From Acidobacteriota bacterium (GTDB lineage Bacteria; Acidobacteriota; Vicinamibacteria; Vicinamibacterales; JAHECP01): a DNA stretch of 64,000 nucleotides. The stretch covers positions 4,541 through 68,540 of the forward strand of contig JAHECP010000006.1 of the NCBI GenBank assembly GCA_024641665.1, given 5' to 3'. Each line of letters begins with the position of its first letter. Position 1 is the stretch's first letter. The notes beneath the pieces are model-generated. The model saw only the letters and a program-made list of their open reading frames with translations, had not been told where the DNA came from and did no database searches. The translations under genes and the position numbers were made by a program. This document shows, in pieces, positions 1 through 10,801 of this stretch.

Positions 1-2763
1 CACGTCCACGATGAGCGCGTCCTTGTTGACCTGCGGGTAGTAGTACTTCGAGAACTCGTTCAGCCCGTACGAGCCCATGTCGGGCACGTGGACGTAGCCG
101 ACGCGCCCCCCGGTCGCCTTGGTCACCTTCTCGATGTTGCCCTGCACCCAGTTGAAGTAGTCGAGGCCGTGCTCGCTGTCGGTGGGGACGACCACCGTGT
201 CGTGCGCGCCGTCGGCCGACGGGGTGGCGTTCACCCTGAGCGTCACCTGCTTGTCGGCCTTGCCCACGAGCGCCTCGCCGATGTCCGACAGCTCGGCCGT
301 CGAGCGGCCGTCGATCGCGAGGATGTAATCGCCTTCGGCGACGTTCACGCCGATCTCGGTGAGGGGCGAGCGCAGCGAGGGATCCCAGTTCTGGCCCTTC
401 ATGATCTTCACGATCTTGAAGAACTTCGTCTTCGGGTCGCGCTCGAGCTTCGCGCCGAGCAGGCCCATCGGGATGCGCTTGATCTCGGGCTCGTCGCCGC
501 CGCCCACGTAGGTGTGCCCCGAGTTGAGCTCGCCGATCATCTCGCCGATCACGTAGGTCAGGTCGGCGCGGGTGTTGACGTAGGGCACGAGCGGCGCGTA
601 CCGGGCGCGCATCGCCGGCCAGTCGATGCCGTTCATGTTCGGCGTCCAGAAGAAGTCGCGCATCTGCCGCCACGACTCGTCGAAGATCTGCTTCCACTCG
701 GCGTGGCGGTCGAGGGTCACCTTCAGGTCGGAGAGGTCGAGGTGTTCGCTCGGCGTGACGGCCGAGGTCGGCGTGTCGACGATGGAGTACTGATCGTTCG
801 AGCCGATGATCATCCTCTTGCCGTCGGCCGAGATCTCGTACGTCACGCCGCCGGCGAAGACCTGCGTCTCCTTCCGCTTGTCGAGGTCGAACACGTAGAT
901 GCCCGGCCGCTCGCGCGTGCTGGCGCGGCCGTAGTAGAGGCGGGTGCCGACCGACGTGAGGTGCCGGTAGTTCGCGGCGGGCACGGGCAGCACGCCGATG
1001 CGCGGGATGAGCCCGTTGGCGTCCACGCGGACCGACACCGCCGCTTCCTTCTTCGGCTCGGCCTTGGCGGCCGCGCCGGCCGGCTCGACGATCTTCACCT
1101 CGTCGCTCTGCGGCGCGAGCGGGCTGGGCGTGTCCTTCGCCAGCGTGACGAAGTAGATCTTCGACATGTCCGTGTAGACGTGCTCGAACTCCTCCTGCCC
1201 GTAGGTCGGCCGGAACGAGCGCGCCGACACGAAGTAGAGCAGCGTGCCGTCCTGGCTGAACGCGGGGTCGGACACGCCGAACCAGCCGTCGGTGGCGGGA
1301 ACCGTCTGCTTCGAGGCGAGTGAATACAGGAAGATCCGGCCCGCACCCTGGTCTTCCGGCTTCGCGTACGCGATCCATTGGCTGTCGGGCGACCACGCGT
1401 AGTCGGTGATCTCCCAGGTCTGGGCCTCGGCCACCTCGGTGACGGCCTTCGTGTCGAGGTCCACGAACCGCAGGCGCTGCTTGCGGTCCGACCAGAGGAG
1501 CTTCTTGCTGTCGGGCGACCAGATCGGCTGGTACTTGTAGTTGTCGCTGTTGGTCGTCAACTGCACCGCCGCGCCCTGGCCGTCCTGCGGCTCGATCCAG
1601 ATCTCGTCCTCGCCCGTCGCGTCCGACACGTAGGATATCCAGCGGCCGTCGGGCGACCACTTCGAGTCGCGCTCGTGCACGCCCGAGCTGTGCGTGAGGT
1701 TCCGCGTAGGGCCGTTCTTGGCCGGCACCGTGAAGACGTCGCCGCGCGCGCCGAAGAGCGCCCGGCTGCCGTCGGGCGCGATCTCGAAGTTCGTCACCTT
1801 CTTGCTCACATCGACCACAGCCGGACGCCCGCTGTCGAGGTCTTCGGCGATTGTCACCGGCACCTTCGCGGCCTTCTGGGTCGCCAAGTCGAAGCGGTAG
1901 ATGTAGCCCCCGTTCTCGAACACGATCGCGTCGTCGCCGAGCGACGGGAACTTGATGTCGTAGTCCGTGAAGTCGGTCAGCTTCTTCGTCTGCTTGGTGC
2001 CCGGGTCGTAGCTGTACAGGTTCATGCGGTACGGGGCGTCGCGATCCGAGGCGAAGTAGATCGTGTTGCCCTTCCACATCGGGATGATGTCCTGCGCCGG
2101 GTTGTTCGTCAGGTCCGTCGTCTTCTTGCTCGCGAAGTCGTACAGCCACAGGTCGTCGGCCATCCCGCCGCGGTAGCGCTTCCAGGTGCGGAACTCGCGG
2201 AACACGTGGTTGTAGACGATCTGGGACCCGTCGGCCGAGTACGAGCCGAAGCCGCCGTACGGGAACGGCAGCTCCTCGAGCGGCCCGCCGTTGACGTTGG
2301 CGAGGTAGAGCTTGCCGAGAAAGTCGTTCCAGTTGATGCGGCGCGAACGGAAGAGCACGTGCGTGGCGTCCTTCCAGCCCATCACCAGGTTGTTCGGCCC
2401 CATCCGGTCCGCCACGTCGTCTCGGCCGAGCGTGGCCGTCCAGGTGAGGCGCTTGGGCACCCCGCCCTCGGACGGCATCAGGTAGACCTCGGTGTTGCCA
2501 TCGTACTGGCCGGTGAAGGCCAGCTGTTTCCCGTCGGGCGAGAAGCGGGCGAACATCTCGAACCCGACGTCGCTCGTGAGCCGGCGCGCCAGGCCGCCGG
2601 TAGCGGGCACCGTGTAGAGGTCGCCGGCGTAGGTGAAGACAATCTGGTTGCCGTGAATCGCGGGGAACCGGAGCAGGCGCGCTTTGGGGGCCTGCGCGTG
2701 CGGGCCGGCCCCGCCGGCCGCCAGGAAGATCGCGAGGGTTGCCAGGAGGAAAAGTCGTTTCAT
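1..2763 (-). CDS. Tricorn protease homolog (TolB-like propellers + PDZ + S41-type C-terminal domain); 5' end complete, 3' end runs off the window
   Basis: Own minus-strand translation. ATG = revcomp of 2761-2763, giving MKRLFLLATLAIFLAAGGAGPHAQAPKARLLRFPAIHGNQIVFTYAGDLYTVPATGG..FSPDGKQLAFTGQYDGNTEVYLMP. At the window edge it reads ..GRVGYVHVPDMGSYGLNEFSKYYYPQVNKDALIVDV. N- and C-terminal stretches translated in one frame (921 codons to the window edge); the interior was not read codon by codon. It is missing from the ORF track because no stop lies in the window. The + ORFs 88-1323 and 1378-3375 are its antisense shadows. Confidence 0.85.
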   Translation of the reverse strand, partial: MKRLFLLATLAIFLAAGGAGPHAQAPKARLLRFPAIHGNQIVFTYAGDLYTVPATGGLARRLTSDVGFEMFARFSPDGKQLAFTGQYDGNTEVYLMPSEGGVPKRLTWTATLGRDDVADRMGPNNLVMGWKDATHVLFRSRRINWNDFLGKLYLANVNGGPLEELPFPYGGFGSYSADGSQIVYNHVFREFRTWKRYRGGMADDLWLYDFASKKTTDLTNNPAQDIIPMWKGNTIYFASDRDAPYRMNLYSYDPGTKQTKKLTDFTDYDIKFPSLGDDAIVFENGGYIYRFDLATQKAAKVPVTIAEDLDSGRPAVVDVSKKVTNFEIAPDGSRALFGARGDVFTVPAKNGPTRNLTHSSGVHERDSKWSPDGRWISYVSDATGEDEIWIEPQDGQGAAVQLTTNSDNYKYQPIWSPDSKKLLWSDRKQRLRFVDLDTKAVTEVAEAQTWEITDYAWSPDSQWIAYAKPEDQGAGRIFLYSLASKQTVPATDGWFGVSDPAFSQDGTLLYFVSARSFRPTYGQEEFEHVYTDMSKIYFVTLAKDTPSPLAPQSDEVKIVEPAGAAAKAEPKKEAAVSVRVDANGLIPRIGVLPVPAANYRHLTSVGTRLYYGRASTRERPGIYVFDLDKRKETQVFAGGVTYEISADGKRMIIGSNDQYSIVDTPTSAVTPSEHLDLSDLKVTLDRHAEWKQIFDESWRQMRDFFWTPNMNGIDWPAMRARYAPLVPYVNTRADLTYVIGEMIGELNSGHTYVGGGDEPEIKRIPMGLLGAKLERDPKTKFFKIVKIMKGQNWDPSLRSPLTEIGVNVAEGDYILAIDGRSTAELSDIGEALVGKADKQVTLRVNATPSADGAHDTVVVPTDSEHGLDYFNWVQGNIEKVTKATGGRVGYVHVPDMGSYGLNEFSKYYYPQVNKDALIVDV

Positions 2764-2919
2764 GATTCGGGGGCTCCGTGCAGAAAGAGCAAGCGGGCGC
2801 GGCGCCGCGCCGGACCGACCGGCCGGCCGCCCGGGCCCGGGATGGAGAGACTATACAACCGCGCGGCCGCGAACGGGGGGCCGGGGAAGACTGACGGTGC
2901 GAAATCGCACCGGCGTGCG

Positions 2920-3822
2920 CTACGGAAGCGGCGCGCCGAGGGCATCCACGAACGACTGGACGGCCGCCAGGAACTCGTCCCGGTGGATTTGCGGCGAGAC
3001 GTGCCCGTAGCCGCTCGGCAGCAGCACGAGCGACGCGCGCGGCAGCGAGGCTTTCAGCAGCTCCGCGTCCGCGTGGTTCGGCTCGTCCGCGCTGCTGACG
3101 AGCAGCGCGCGTCCCGACCAATCGCGGAGTTCCTCGTCGCGATAGGCGCCGGCCTCGTTGAAGCGCCAGACGACGAGCGTCATGAGGCGGACGAGGAGCC
3201 GCCGGGTGAGCCCGCGCCGCAGCGACGAGGCCAGGAGCGCCTGGGCGAACCCCCGTCGCTCGACGACCTCGGGCGGCATCGGCCGATCGAAGCTCGCCAT
3301 CCGGCCGAGCTTCCGGACCATGAGCGCTCGGAGCAGCCGGACGGGCATCAGGCGCAGCAGGACCATCACCCATGAGCGGCAGCGCTCGACGCGCGGTGCG
3401 ATTGTGTTGACCAGCACGAGGCCGTCCACGCGGGAAGGTCGCCGACGGAAATAGAGCTGCCCGAGGATGCCCGACAGCGACTGTCCGAGCAGCACCACGC
3501 GGCCGATCCCTTCCGCGTCGAGCACCGCGTCGATGCCGCGGCTCATCGCGTCGGGGTCGTCGAAGGCCGAGATGTCGGCGACGGCGACGCGATTGCGTCG
3601 CTCGAGGCTCGAGACAACGTCGTAGAGCAGCTCGACGCCGCCCAATCCCCCGGCCAGGATCAGCACGGCGTGCGGACCTTCTCCGCACACGCAATAGGGC
3701 ACGGGCGTGCCACCCGACGCGATCGTGCGTTCCGTGTGGCTCGCGAGGAACTCCCGGTAGCGCGCGTGCTCGGAGGGGAACGCCGTGCGCGCGTCCTGGG
3801 GCAGATCGGGTCGTTCGATCAT
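2920..3822 (-). CDS. Alpha/beta-fold hydrolase
   Basis: ORF track 2920-4026 (-). I chose the internal ATG at 3822 (MIERPDLPQD..) because the longer form overlaps the LysR gene. Motifs: ..VLILAGGLGG.., GQSLSG nucleophile-elbow-like motif, C-terminal ..LLPSGYGHVSPQ.. Confidence 0.72.
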   Translation of the reverse strand: MIERPDLPQDARTAFPSEHARYREFLASHTERTIASGGTPVPYCVCGEGPHAVLILAGGLGGVELLYDVVSSLERRNRVAVADISAFDDPDAMSRGIDAVLDAEGIGRVVLLGQSLSGILGQLYFRRRPSRVDGLVLVNTIAPRVERCRSWVMVLLRLMPVRLLRALMVRKLGRMASFDRPMPPEVVERRGFAQALLASSLRRGLTRRLLVRLMTLVVWRFNEAGAYRDEELRDWSGRALLVSSADEPNHADAELLKASLPRASLVLLPSGYGHVSPQIHRDEFLAAVQSFVDALGAPLP

Positions 3823-3989
3823 GGGGGGCCTCCGGCGCCGGATGTGGGCGTCCCGCCGCATCCGTACCGGAGGACATCGGCGAGGCGCTCCAGATGGAGC
3901 GTCAGGCACTCGAGGAAGCCCGTATGGGCCTACAGCAGAGTACGGGATTCCCGCGATTCCGTCAGCCATGTTTTGTTTGGTTGTTTGAC

Positions 3990-4913
3990 CTATGCGTCTG
4001 ACGTGCGGGCGCCCGCCGCGCGCCACTCCCGGGCGACCGTCAGGAACGCCTCGGCGGCGTGCGAGCGTTCGCCGGCGCTCCGGTAGATCAGGCGAAGCCG
4101 GCGCGCGCGTCTCGCCTCGGGCACGCGCACCGCGGCGAGCTGGCCGCGCGCGATCTCGGTGAGCGCGCAGCGCCGCGGCAGCAGCGCCACGCCGAGCTGC
4201 ATCTCCACGGCGCGCTTGATGCCGTCGAGGCTCGGCAGCGAGATGCGGATCTCGAGCGGGGCGTGCCGCTCCTCGAACAGCCGCAGCACGCGCTCGCGCG
4301 CCGGCGACGGGTCGTTGTGCGCGACGACCGGCTGCCGCCCGAGGTCCTCGAGCGTCACCGTGCGCCGCCGCGCCAGCGGGTGCGACGGGTGGGTGAGCAG
4401 CACCAGCTCGTCGGCGCCGAGCGCCAGCGAGACCAGCCCCCGCTCGGCCGGCTCGAACGTGAGGACGCCGAAGTCGAGGCTGCGCTGCAGCACCTCCAGG
4501 CCGATCTGGCGCGACGGCACCCGCCGGACGTCCACGAGCGACTGCGGGTGCGCCTCGCGATACCGTGCGAGGAGGGGCAGGAGCGAGTGCACGCCGGCCT
4601 CGTTGGCGCCGATGAGCACGCGCCCGCGGCGCAGGTCCTGGAACTCCCGGACGGCCCCCTCGGCCTCCTCCGAGAGCCGGAGCAGCTGCTCCGCGTACCC
4701 CTGCAGGACGCGTCCGGCGTCGGTCAGCGCCCCGTCCTTGAAGGAGCGGTCGAACAGACGCTCGCCCAGCTCGTCCTCCAGGCGGCGGACGGCCTGGCTG
4801 ACGGCGGGCTGTGTGCGGTGCAGCTTCCGGGCGGCACCCGAGAAGCTGTGCTCGGCGGCCACGGTCAGGAACACCTTCAATTCGGCGAGGTCCATGGCGG
4901 TATCATAATCCAT
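3990..4913 (-). CDS. LysR-family transcriptional regulator, divergent from leuA
   Basis: The N-terminal wHTH MDLAELKVFLTVAAEHSFSGAARKLHRTQPAVSQAVRRLEDELGERLFDR is the LysR signature. About 300 aa with a C-terminal substrate-binding domain. ATG verified at 4911-4913 (revcomp). Confidence 0.9.
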   Translation of the reverse strand: MDYDTAMDLAELKVFLTVAAEHSFSGAARKLHRTQPAVSQAVRRLEDELGERLFDRSFKDGALTDAGRVLQGYAEQLLRLSEEAEGAVREFQDLRRGRVLIGANEAGVHSLLPLLARYREAHPQSLVDVRRVPSRQIGLEVLQRSLDFGVLTFEPAERGLVSLALGADELVLLTHPSHPLARRRTVTLEDLGRQPVVAHNDPSPARERVLRLFEERHAPLEIRISLPSLDGIKRAVEMQLGVALLPRRCALTEIARGQLAAVRVPEARRARRLRLIYRSAGERSHAAEAFLTVAREWRAAGARTSDA

Positions 4914-5044
4914 TCTTATGAAAATGAAATAACTATAAATTTGACCAATCTGAGCCGTTGGAGCACCCTTGGAGGCGCGTCGCCGGGAGTCGGGCCGCGA
5001 GGCCCGGGCCGTCGTGGACCGGCCGGCGCGACAGGAGGCCTCCG
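4914..5044. promoter_or_regulatory. Divergent lysR/leuA control region with AT-rich dyad TTAT-N9-ATAA (4916-4932)
   Basis: A 131-nt intergenic stretch that is strikingly AT-rich for this genome (tatcataatccattcttatgaaaatgaaataactataaatttgacc). It contains the inverted repeat TTATgaaaatgaaATAA, reminiscent of LysR-type dyad boxes. GGAGG RBS at 5034-5038 lies before the leuA ATG at 5045. Confidence 0.45.
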
Positions 5045-6289
<1,245 letters not shown>

Positions 6290-6402
6290 CAGCCGTCAGG
6301 GGTCAGGGGGCAGGGGTCAGGAAGACCATTCTGCGCCGCTGCGACCGCGTGGCAGCGGTCCTTCCTGCCCCCTGACCGCTGCCCCCTGCCCCCTGACGAC
6401 TG
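6290..6402. repeat. Long imperfect inverted repeat (arms about 6290-6327 and 6357-6402) built from CAGGGG/CCCCTG units; inner hairpin GCCGCTGC..GCAGCGG
   Basis: Left arm is cagccgtcaggggtcagggggcaggggtcaggaagacc. The revcomp of the right arm is cagtcgtcagggggcagggggcagcggtcagggggcaggaaggacc. Lies directly after the leuA stop (6287-6289) and 44 nt before leuB. Confidence 0.7.
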
Positions 6403-6445
6403 ACCCCTGTCCCGAGTTCCGAGTCCCGGGAGTACAATCCCCCCA

Positions 6446-7513
6446 ATGCGTGCCCGGATCGTCTTGCTCCCAGGGGACGGCGTCGGTCCCGAGGTCACCC
6501 GCGCGGCCGTCGAGGCCCTTCGTGCCGTCGCTTCGATCTTCCATCACGAGTTCGCGCTCGACGAGCACCCGATCGGCGGCGCCGCCTTGAACGCGGGCGG
6601 CCCGCCGCTGCCGCCGCCCACGCTCGAGGCCTGCCTCGGCGCCGACGCGGTGCTGCTCGGCGCGGTCGGCGACCCCGCCTTCGACCGCGAGGAGCCCGCG
6701 CGGCGGCCGGAGCGAGGGCTGCTCGACCTCAGGCGCGCGCTCGGCGTGTACGCCAACCTGCGGCCCGCGCGCGTCTGGCCGGGTCTCGAGGACGCCGGCC
6801 CGGTGAAGGCCTCGGCGCTCGCCGGTACCGACATGCTGATCGTGCGGGAGCTGACCGGCGGGCTCTACTACGGGGAGCCGCGCGGGTACGCCGACGAGGG
6901 CGCGTCGGCGTTCAACACCATGCGCTACTCGCGCGGCGAGATCGAGCGCGTCGCCGAGGTGGCGTTCGCCGCCGCGCGCCGTCGGCGCCGCCGGGTGGTG
7001 TCGGTGGACAAGGCCAACGTCCTCGAGACGTCCCGGCTCTGGCGGAGCGTGGTCACCGAGGTCGGCGCGCGGCACCCGGACGTCGAGCTGCAGCACCTGT
7101 ACGTCGACGCCTGCGCGATGAGGATCGCGCTTGCGCCCGCCAGCTTCGACGTCGTCCTCACCGAGAACCTGTTCGGCGACATCCTGTCGGACGAGGCGGG
7201 GGCGGTGTGCGGCTCGCTGGGGCTGCTGCCGTCGGCCAGCATCGGCGACGGCACGGGCCTCTTCGAGCCCGTGCACGGCTCGGCCCCGGACATCGCCGGG
7301 GCCGACAAGGCCAACCCGATAGGTGCGCTCGGCTCGGCTGCCATGCTGCTCGGCCACGGCCTGAAGCTCGAGGCGGAGGCCGACGCGCTCGAGCGCGCGA
7401 TCGAGGAGACGCTGGCCGCCGGCAGCCGCACGGCCGATCTGGTCGAGCGCGGCGCCCCCGCGCTCTCCTGCTCCGCGATGACGCGCGCCATCGTCGGCCG
7501 CATCCGCGCGTGA
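6446..7513 (+). CDS. leuB: 3-isopropylmalate dehydrogenase
   Basis: MRARIVLLPGDGVGPEV.., ..LLGAVGDP.., ..VDKANVLETSRLWR.., ..NLFGDILSDEAG.., ..GLFEPVHGSAPDIAG..KANPIG are the classic LeuB/isocitrate-dehydrogenase-family motifs. Confidence 0.95.
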   Translation: MRARIVLLPGDGVGPEVTRAAVEALRAVASIFHHEFALDEHPIGGAALNAGGPPLPPPTLEACLGADAVLLGAVGDPAFDREEPARRPERGLLDLRRALGVYANLRPARVWPGLEDAGPVKASALAGTDMLIVRELTGGLYYGEPRGYADEGASAFNTMRYSRGEIERVAEVAFAAARRRRRRVVSVDKANVLETSRLWRSVVTEVGARHPDVELQHLYVDACAMRIALAPASFDVVLTENLFGDILSDEAGAVCGSLGLLPSASIGDGTGLFEPVHGSAPDIAGADKANPIGALGSAAMLLGHGLKLEAEADALERAIEETLAAGSRTADLVERGAPALSCSAMTRAIVGRIRA

Positions 7514-7538
7514 CCGCGCGGTGCGGCCGCGACGACCG

Positions 7539-8456
7539 TCAGTGCGCCGGGCCCGCGACCGGCGTCGTCAGCTGCTGCTGCGCGAGCGCGGCGCCGCCCA
7601 TCAGGCCGCCCATCCCCATCGACTCGACCGCCGAGCTCGGCACGAGCATCAGCGCGCCCTTCTCCTTCAGCCCCTCGTACAGCATGTTCATCGCCCGGAG
7701 GTGGAGCGCCGTCGGGTTGTTCTGGTACGACTTCGCCGCCGAGTCGAATTGGTGGGCGATCTCGACCTCGGCTTGGGCGAGGATGATGCGCGCCTGCTTC
7801 TCGCGCGCGGCCTGCGCCTCGCGCGACATGGCGTCCTGGAGCGCGTTGGGAATCACGACGTCGCGCATCTCGACCGACTGCACGGTGATGCCCCACGGGT
7901 TGGTCCGCGCGTCGATGAGCTGCTGCAGCTCCGCCTCGATCCGCTCGCGACCGCGAAGGAGCGTCGTCAGCTCGGTCCGCCCGATGATGTCCCGCAGGCC
8001 CGTCTGTGCCGCCCAGCTCACCGCCTGGCGGTAGTCCTGCACCTCGAGCGCGGCCTTCTCCGGGTCGTACACCAGCCAGAAGAGCACGGCGTCGACGTTG
8101 ACCGGCACCGTGTCGGAGGTGAGCGTCTCCTCGGCGGCGAAGCTCGTCGTGATGACCCGCTGATCGACCCACCGGGTGATGGTCTCGACGAACGGCACGA
8201 TCCAGAACACTCCGGGGCCTCGCAGCCCGACGTAGCGGCCGAGCCGCAGCACGACCGCGCGCTCCCACTGCTTGGCCACCTTCGGCGACTGGGCGAGCAC
8301 CAGACCGACGAGGACGCCGGCGACCGCGCCGGTCGCGTTCGAGGTCGCCAGCGACACGATGGCGCCGGCCGCCGCGAACACGAGGAAGATCACGAGCGCG
8401 ACGACGTTGGGACGAGCGGCGGTCCGATCCGCATCGTCTTTCGAGAACATCTCCAC
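7539..8456 (-). CDS. SPFH/band-7 (stomatin-like) membrane protein
   Basis: N-terminal TM segment, then ..VKQWERAVVLRLGRYVGLRGPGVFWIVPFVE..VDQRV..TSDTVPVNVDAVLFW.. and the coiled-coil ..AMSREAQAAREKQARIILAQAE.. typical of stomatin/QmcA-type SPFH proteins. AAGGAGG RBS (revcomp of 8463-8469). Start is GTG 8456 or ATG 8450. Confidence 0.88.
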   Translation of the reverse strand: MEMFSKDDADRTAARPNVVALVIFLVFAAAGAIVSLATSNATGAVAGVLVGLVLAQSPKVAKQWERAVVLRLGRYVGLRGPGVFWIVPFVETITRWVDQRVITTSFAAEETLTSDTVPVNVDAVLFWLVYDPEKAALEVQDYRQAVSWAAQTGLRDIIGRTELTTLLRGRERIEAELQQLIDARTNPWGITVQSVEMRDVVIPNALQDAMSREAQAAREKQARIILAQAEVEIAHQFDSAAKSYQNNPTALHLRAMNMLYEGLKEKGALMLVPSSAVESMGMGGLMGGAALAQQQLTTPVAGPAH

Positions 8457-8467
8457 GACTGACCTCC

Positions 8468-8866
8468 TTACTCCGTTCCGTTGGAGTGCTCGATGGTTGC
8501 CACGATCTGTGCCGTCGTAAAGCCGAGCGACGCCGCGTCCGACAGGAGCCGCTGCACCATGCGCTCGAGCTCGGCCTGGCGCGCGTCGCGGCCCGCGGCG
8601 GCGGTCCGGACGGATGGGTCGGCGACGAACGTGCCGACGCCGCGTCGGGTCTCGACCACGCCGTCGCGCTCGAGTTGGGCGTAGACGCGGGCGACGGTGT
8701 TGGCGTTGACGCGCAGGTCGACGGCCAGCTGGCGCACGGTTGGCAGCTGCGCGCCCGCCGTCAGCTGGCCCGCTGTGATGGCCGCCCGGATACGCCGCTC
8801 GATCTGGGCGTAGACGGGCATCGGGTCCCGGGTGTCGATGCGGAGGAGTGGGACCACGTCAGTCAT
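8468..8866 (-). CDS. GntR-family (YtrA-like, short) transcriptional regulator, first gene of an operon with the SPFH gene
   Basis: MTDVVPLLRIDTRDPMPVYAQIERRIRAAITAGQLTAGAQLPTVRQLAVDLRVNANTVARVYAQLERDGVVETRRGVGTFV is a GntR wHTH followed by a short C-terminal tail. ATG 8866 verified; the track start 8902 lies in the promoter. Confidence 0.85.
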   Translation of the reverse strand: MTDVVPLLRIDTRDPMPVYAQIERRIRAAITAGQLTAGAQLPTVRQLAVDLRVNANTVARVYAQLERDGVVETRRGVGTFVADPSVRTAAAGRDARQAELERMVQRLLSDAASLGFTTAQIVATIEHSNGTE

Positions 8867-8902
8867 AAAACACTTATACCAGTACAATAGTACAAATGTC
8901 AA
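8867..8902 (-). promoter_or_regulatory. Sigma70-type promoter TTGACA-N18-TATAAG ending 6 nt before the GntR ATG (near-leaderless), with tandem AGTACAA AGTACAA repeat in the spacer (candidate operator)
   Basis: Minus strand reads TTGACAtttgtactattgtactggTATAAGtgttttATG. The -35 is at 8902-8897, the -10 at 8878-8873 and the ATG at 8866. The + strand shows AGTACAA at 8881-8887 and 8889-8895. Confidence 0.55.
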
Positions 8903-8954
8903 GGACTCGGTGTGGCGCCACGTTAGTCGTTTGTTTTCAACTATTTATTGGCAA

Positions 8955-10799
8955 CTACTCGACGGTGACGCTCTTGGCCAGATTGCGCGGCTGGTCCACG
9001 TCGCAGCCCAGGCGCACGGCGATGTGGTAGGCGAGCAGCTGGAGCGGAATCGTGAGCACGACGGGGGTCAGCAGCGGGTGCGCGTCGGGCACCGCGATCT
9101 GCACGTCGCGGGCCGGGTCGAGCAGCTCCGTGAGGCGGTCGTCGCCGGCGGTCGTCAGGGCGATGACCGTGCCGCCCCGCGCCTTCACTTCCTGGACGTT
9201 CCCGGCCATCTTCTCGAAGACGTGGTCGCGCGGCGCGAGCGCCACCACCGGCATGCGCTCGTCGATGAGCGCGATCGGCCCGTGCTTCATCTCGCCGGCG
9301 GGATAGCCCTCGGCGTGGATGTACGAGATCTCCTTGAGCTTCAGCGCGCCTTCGAGCGCGATCGGGTAGTTGATCCCGCGCGCGAGGTAGAGGAAGTCGC
9401 GGCGCTGGTAGAAGCGTCCGGCGACGGCCTCCACGGCGGCGTCGCACTTGAGCGCCTGTTCCAGGAGGATGGGCAGGCCCGTGAGCGCCTCGAGGTGCGG
9501 GCGCGCCGCGTCCGCCGACAGCGTGGCGCGCACGCGGCCGAGGCGCACGGCGATGAGGTGCAGCGCCACGAGCTGTGAGGTGAACGCCTTGGTGGACGCC
9601 ACGCCGATCTCCGGTCCGGCGTGCGTGTACACGGTTCCGTCGCTCTCGCGCGTCGCCATGCTGCCGACGACGTTGCAGACAGCGAGGCTGAGCGCGCCCT
9701 GGCGGCGCGCTTCCCGGAGCGCCGCCAGCGTGTCGGCGGTCTCGCCCGACTGCGTGATGACCACCGCCAGCGTGCGCGGCGTCACGATCGGTCGGCGGTA
9801 GCGGAACTCCGAGCCGTAGTCCACCTCGACGGGCACGCCGGCGAGCTGCTCGACCAGGAACTTGCCGACGAGCGCGGCATGCCACGAGGTGCCGCACGCG
9901 AGCATCACGACCCGATCCACCGCGCGCAGGCGCTCTTCGGGTATCGCCACCTCGTCGAGGAACACCGTCCCGGTCTCGGCCGACGCCCGGCCCAGCGTGG
10001 TCTCGCGCACGGCCCAGGGCTGCTCGAAGATCTCCTTGAGCATGAAGTGCTTGTAGCCCGCCTTCTCGGCCTGGACCGGGTCCCACGTGATGCGCTGGGC
10101 GGTCTTCTCGACAGGGCGCCCGCCGGCATCGGTGAACGTCACGCCAGCGCGCGTGACGACGGCCACCTCGCCGTCGTCCAGGAAGACCACGTCCCGCGTG
10201 TGCGCGAGCAGGGCGGGCACGTCCGACGCGACGAAGAACTCGCCGTCGCCGAGGCCGACGACGAGCGGCGGCCCGTTGCGGACGGCGACGATCTTGCCTG
10301 GGTCGTCCGCCGCGATGAACACGAGCGCGAAGAGGCCCCGCAGCGAGCCGAGCGCGCGCCGCACGGCGTTCTCGAGCCCGTCGTCGCGCATCTCGCGCTC
10401 CACCAGGTGCGCCACCACCTCGGTGTCGGTCTCGGTGACGAAGCGGTGTCCCTCGGCGGCGAGCGCGCGCTTCAGCTCGAGATAGTTCTCGATGATGCCG
10501 TTGTGGATGACGACGATGCGGCCGGTGCAGTCGCGGTGGGGGTGGGCGTTCTCCTCGGTCGGCCGCCCGTGGGTTGCCCAGCGCGTGTGGCCGATGCCGT
10601 ACTCGCCGTCGAGCGGGTTGGCCGCGAGCGCGTCCTCGAGCCGCGACAGCTTGCCCGCCGCCCGTCTGAGCGCGACGGCGCCGTCGCGCACCACCGCCAG
10701 TCCGGCCGAATCGTAGCCGCGGTACTCCAGACGGCGCAGGCCGTCGACGAGCAGGGGCACGACGGGCTTGGGCCCGACGTAGCCGATGATCCCACACAT
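8955..10799 (-). CDS. glmS: Glutamine--fructose-6-phosphate aminotransferase (isomerizing)
   Basis: MCGIIGYVG.. N-terminal Cys nucleophile, two SIS domains, C-terminal ..[13 protein letters not shown]. 614 aa. Confidence 0.97.
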   Translation of the reverse strand: MCGIIGYVGPKPVVPLLVDGLRRLEYRGYDSAGLAVVRDGAVALRRAAGKLSRLEDALAANPLDGEYGIGHTRWATHGRPTEENAHPHRDCTGRIVVIHNGIIENYLELKRALAAEGHRFVTETDTEVVAHLVEREMRDDGLENAVRRALGSLRGLFALVFIAADDPGKIVAVRNGPPLVVGLGDGEFFVASDVPALLAHTRDVVFLDDGEVAVVTRAGVTFTDAGGRPVEKTAQRITWDPVQAEKAGYKHFMLKEIFEQPWAVRETTLGRASAETGTVFLDEVAIPEERLRAVDRVVMLACGTSWHAALVGKFLVEQLAGVPVEVDYGSEFRYRRPIVTPRTLAVVITQSGETADTLAALREARRQGALSLAVCNVVGSMATRESDGTVYTHAGPEIGVASTKAFTSQLVALHLIAVRLGRVRATLSADAARPHLEALTGLPILLEQALKCDAAVEAVAGRFYQRRDFLYLARGINYPIALEGALKLKEISYIHAEGYPAGEMKHGPIALIDERMPVVALAPRDHVFEKMAGNVQEVKARGGTVIALTTAGDDRLTELLDPARDVQIAVPDAHPLLTPVVLTIPLQLLAYHIAVRLGCDVDQPRNLAKSVTVE

Positions 10800-10801
10800 T
10801 G

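Noticed and set aside
88-3375. Long + strand ORFs 88-1323 (411 aa) and 1378-3375 (665 aa). The same kind of ORF occurs elsewhere: 4916-6280 (-), 13872-15866 (-), 17314-19200 (-), 22528-25419 (-), 28327-31191 (+), 31101-33491 (-), 43668-45860 (-), 56266-59124 (+) and others.
   Set aside because: Their translations are Arg/Gly/Pro/Ala/His-rich low-complexity strings with no recognisable motifs. They lie exactly antisense to (or out of frame with) ORFs that have clear family signatures. These are the typical shadow ORFs of high-GC DNA.
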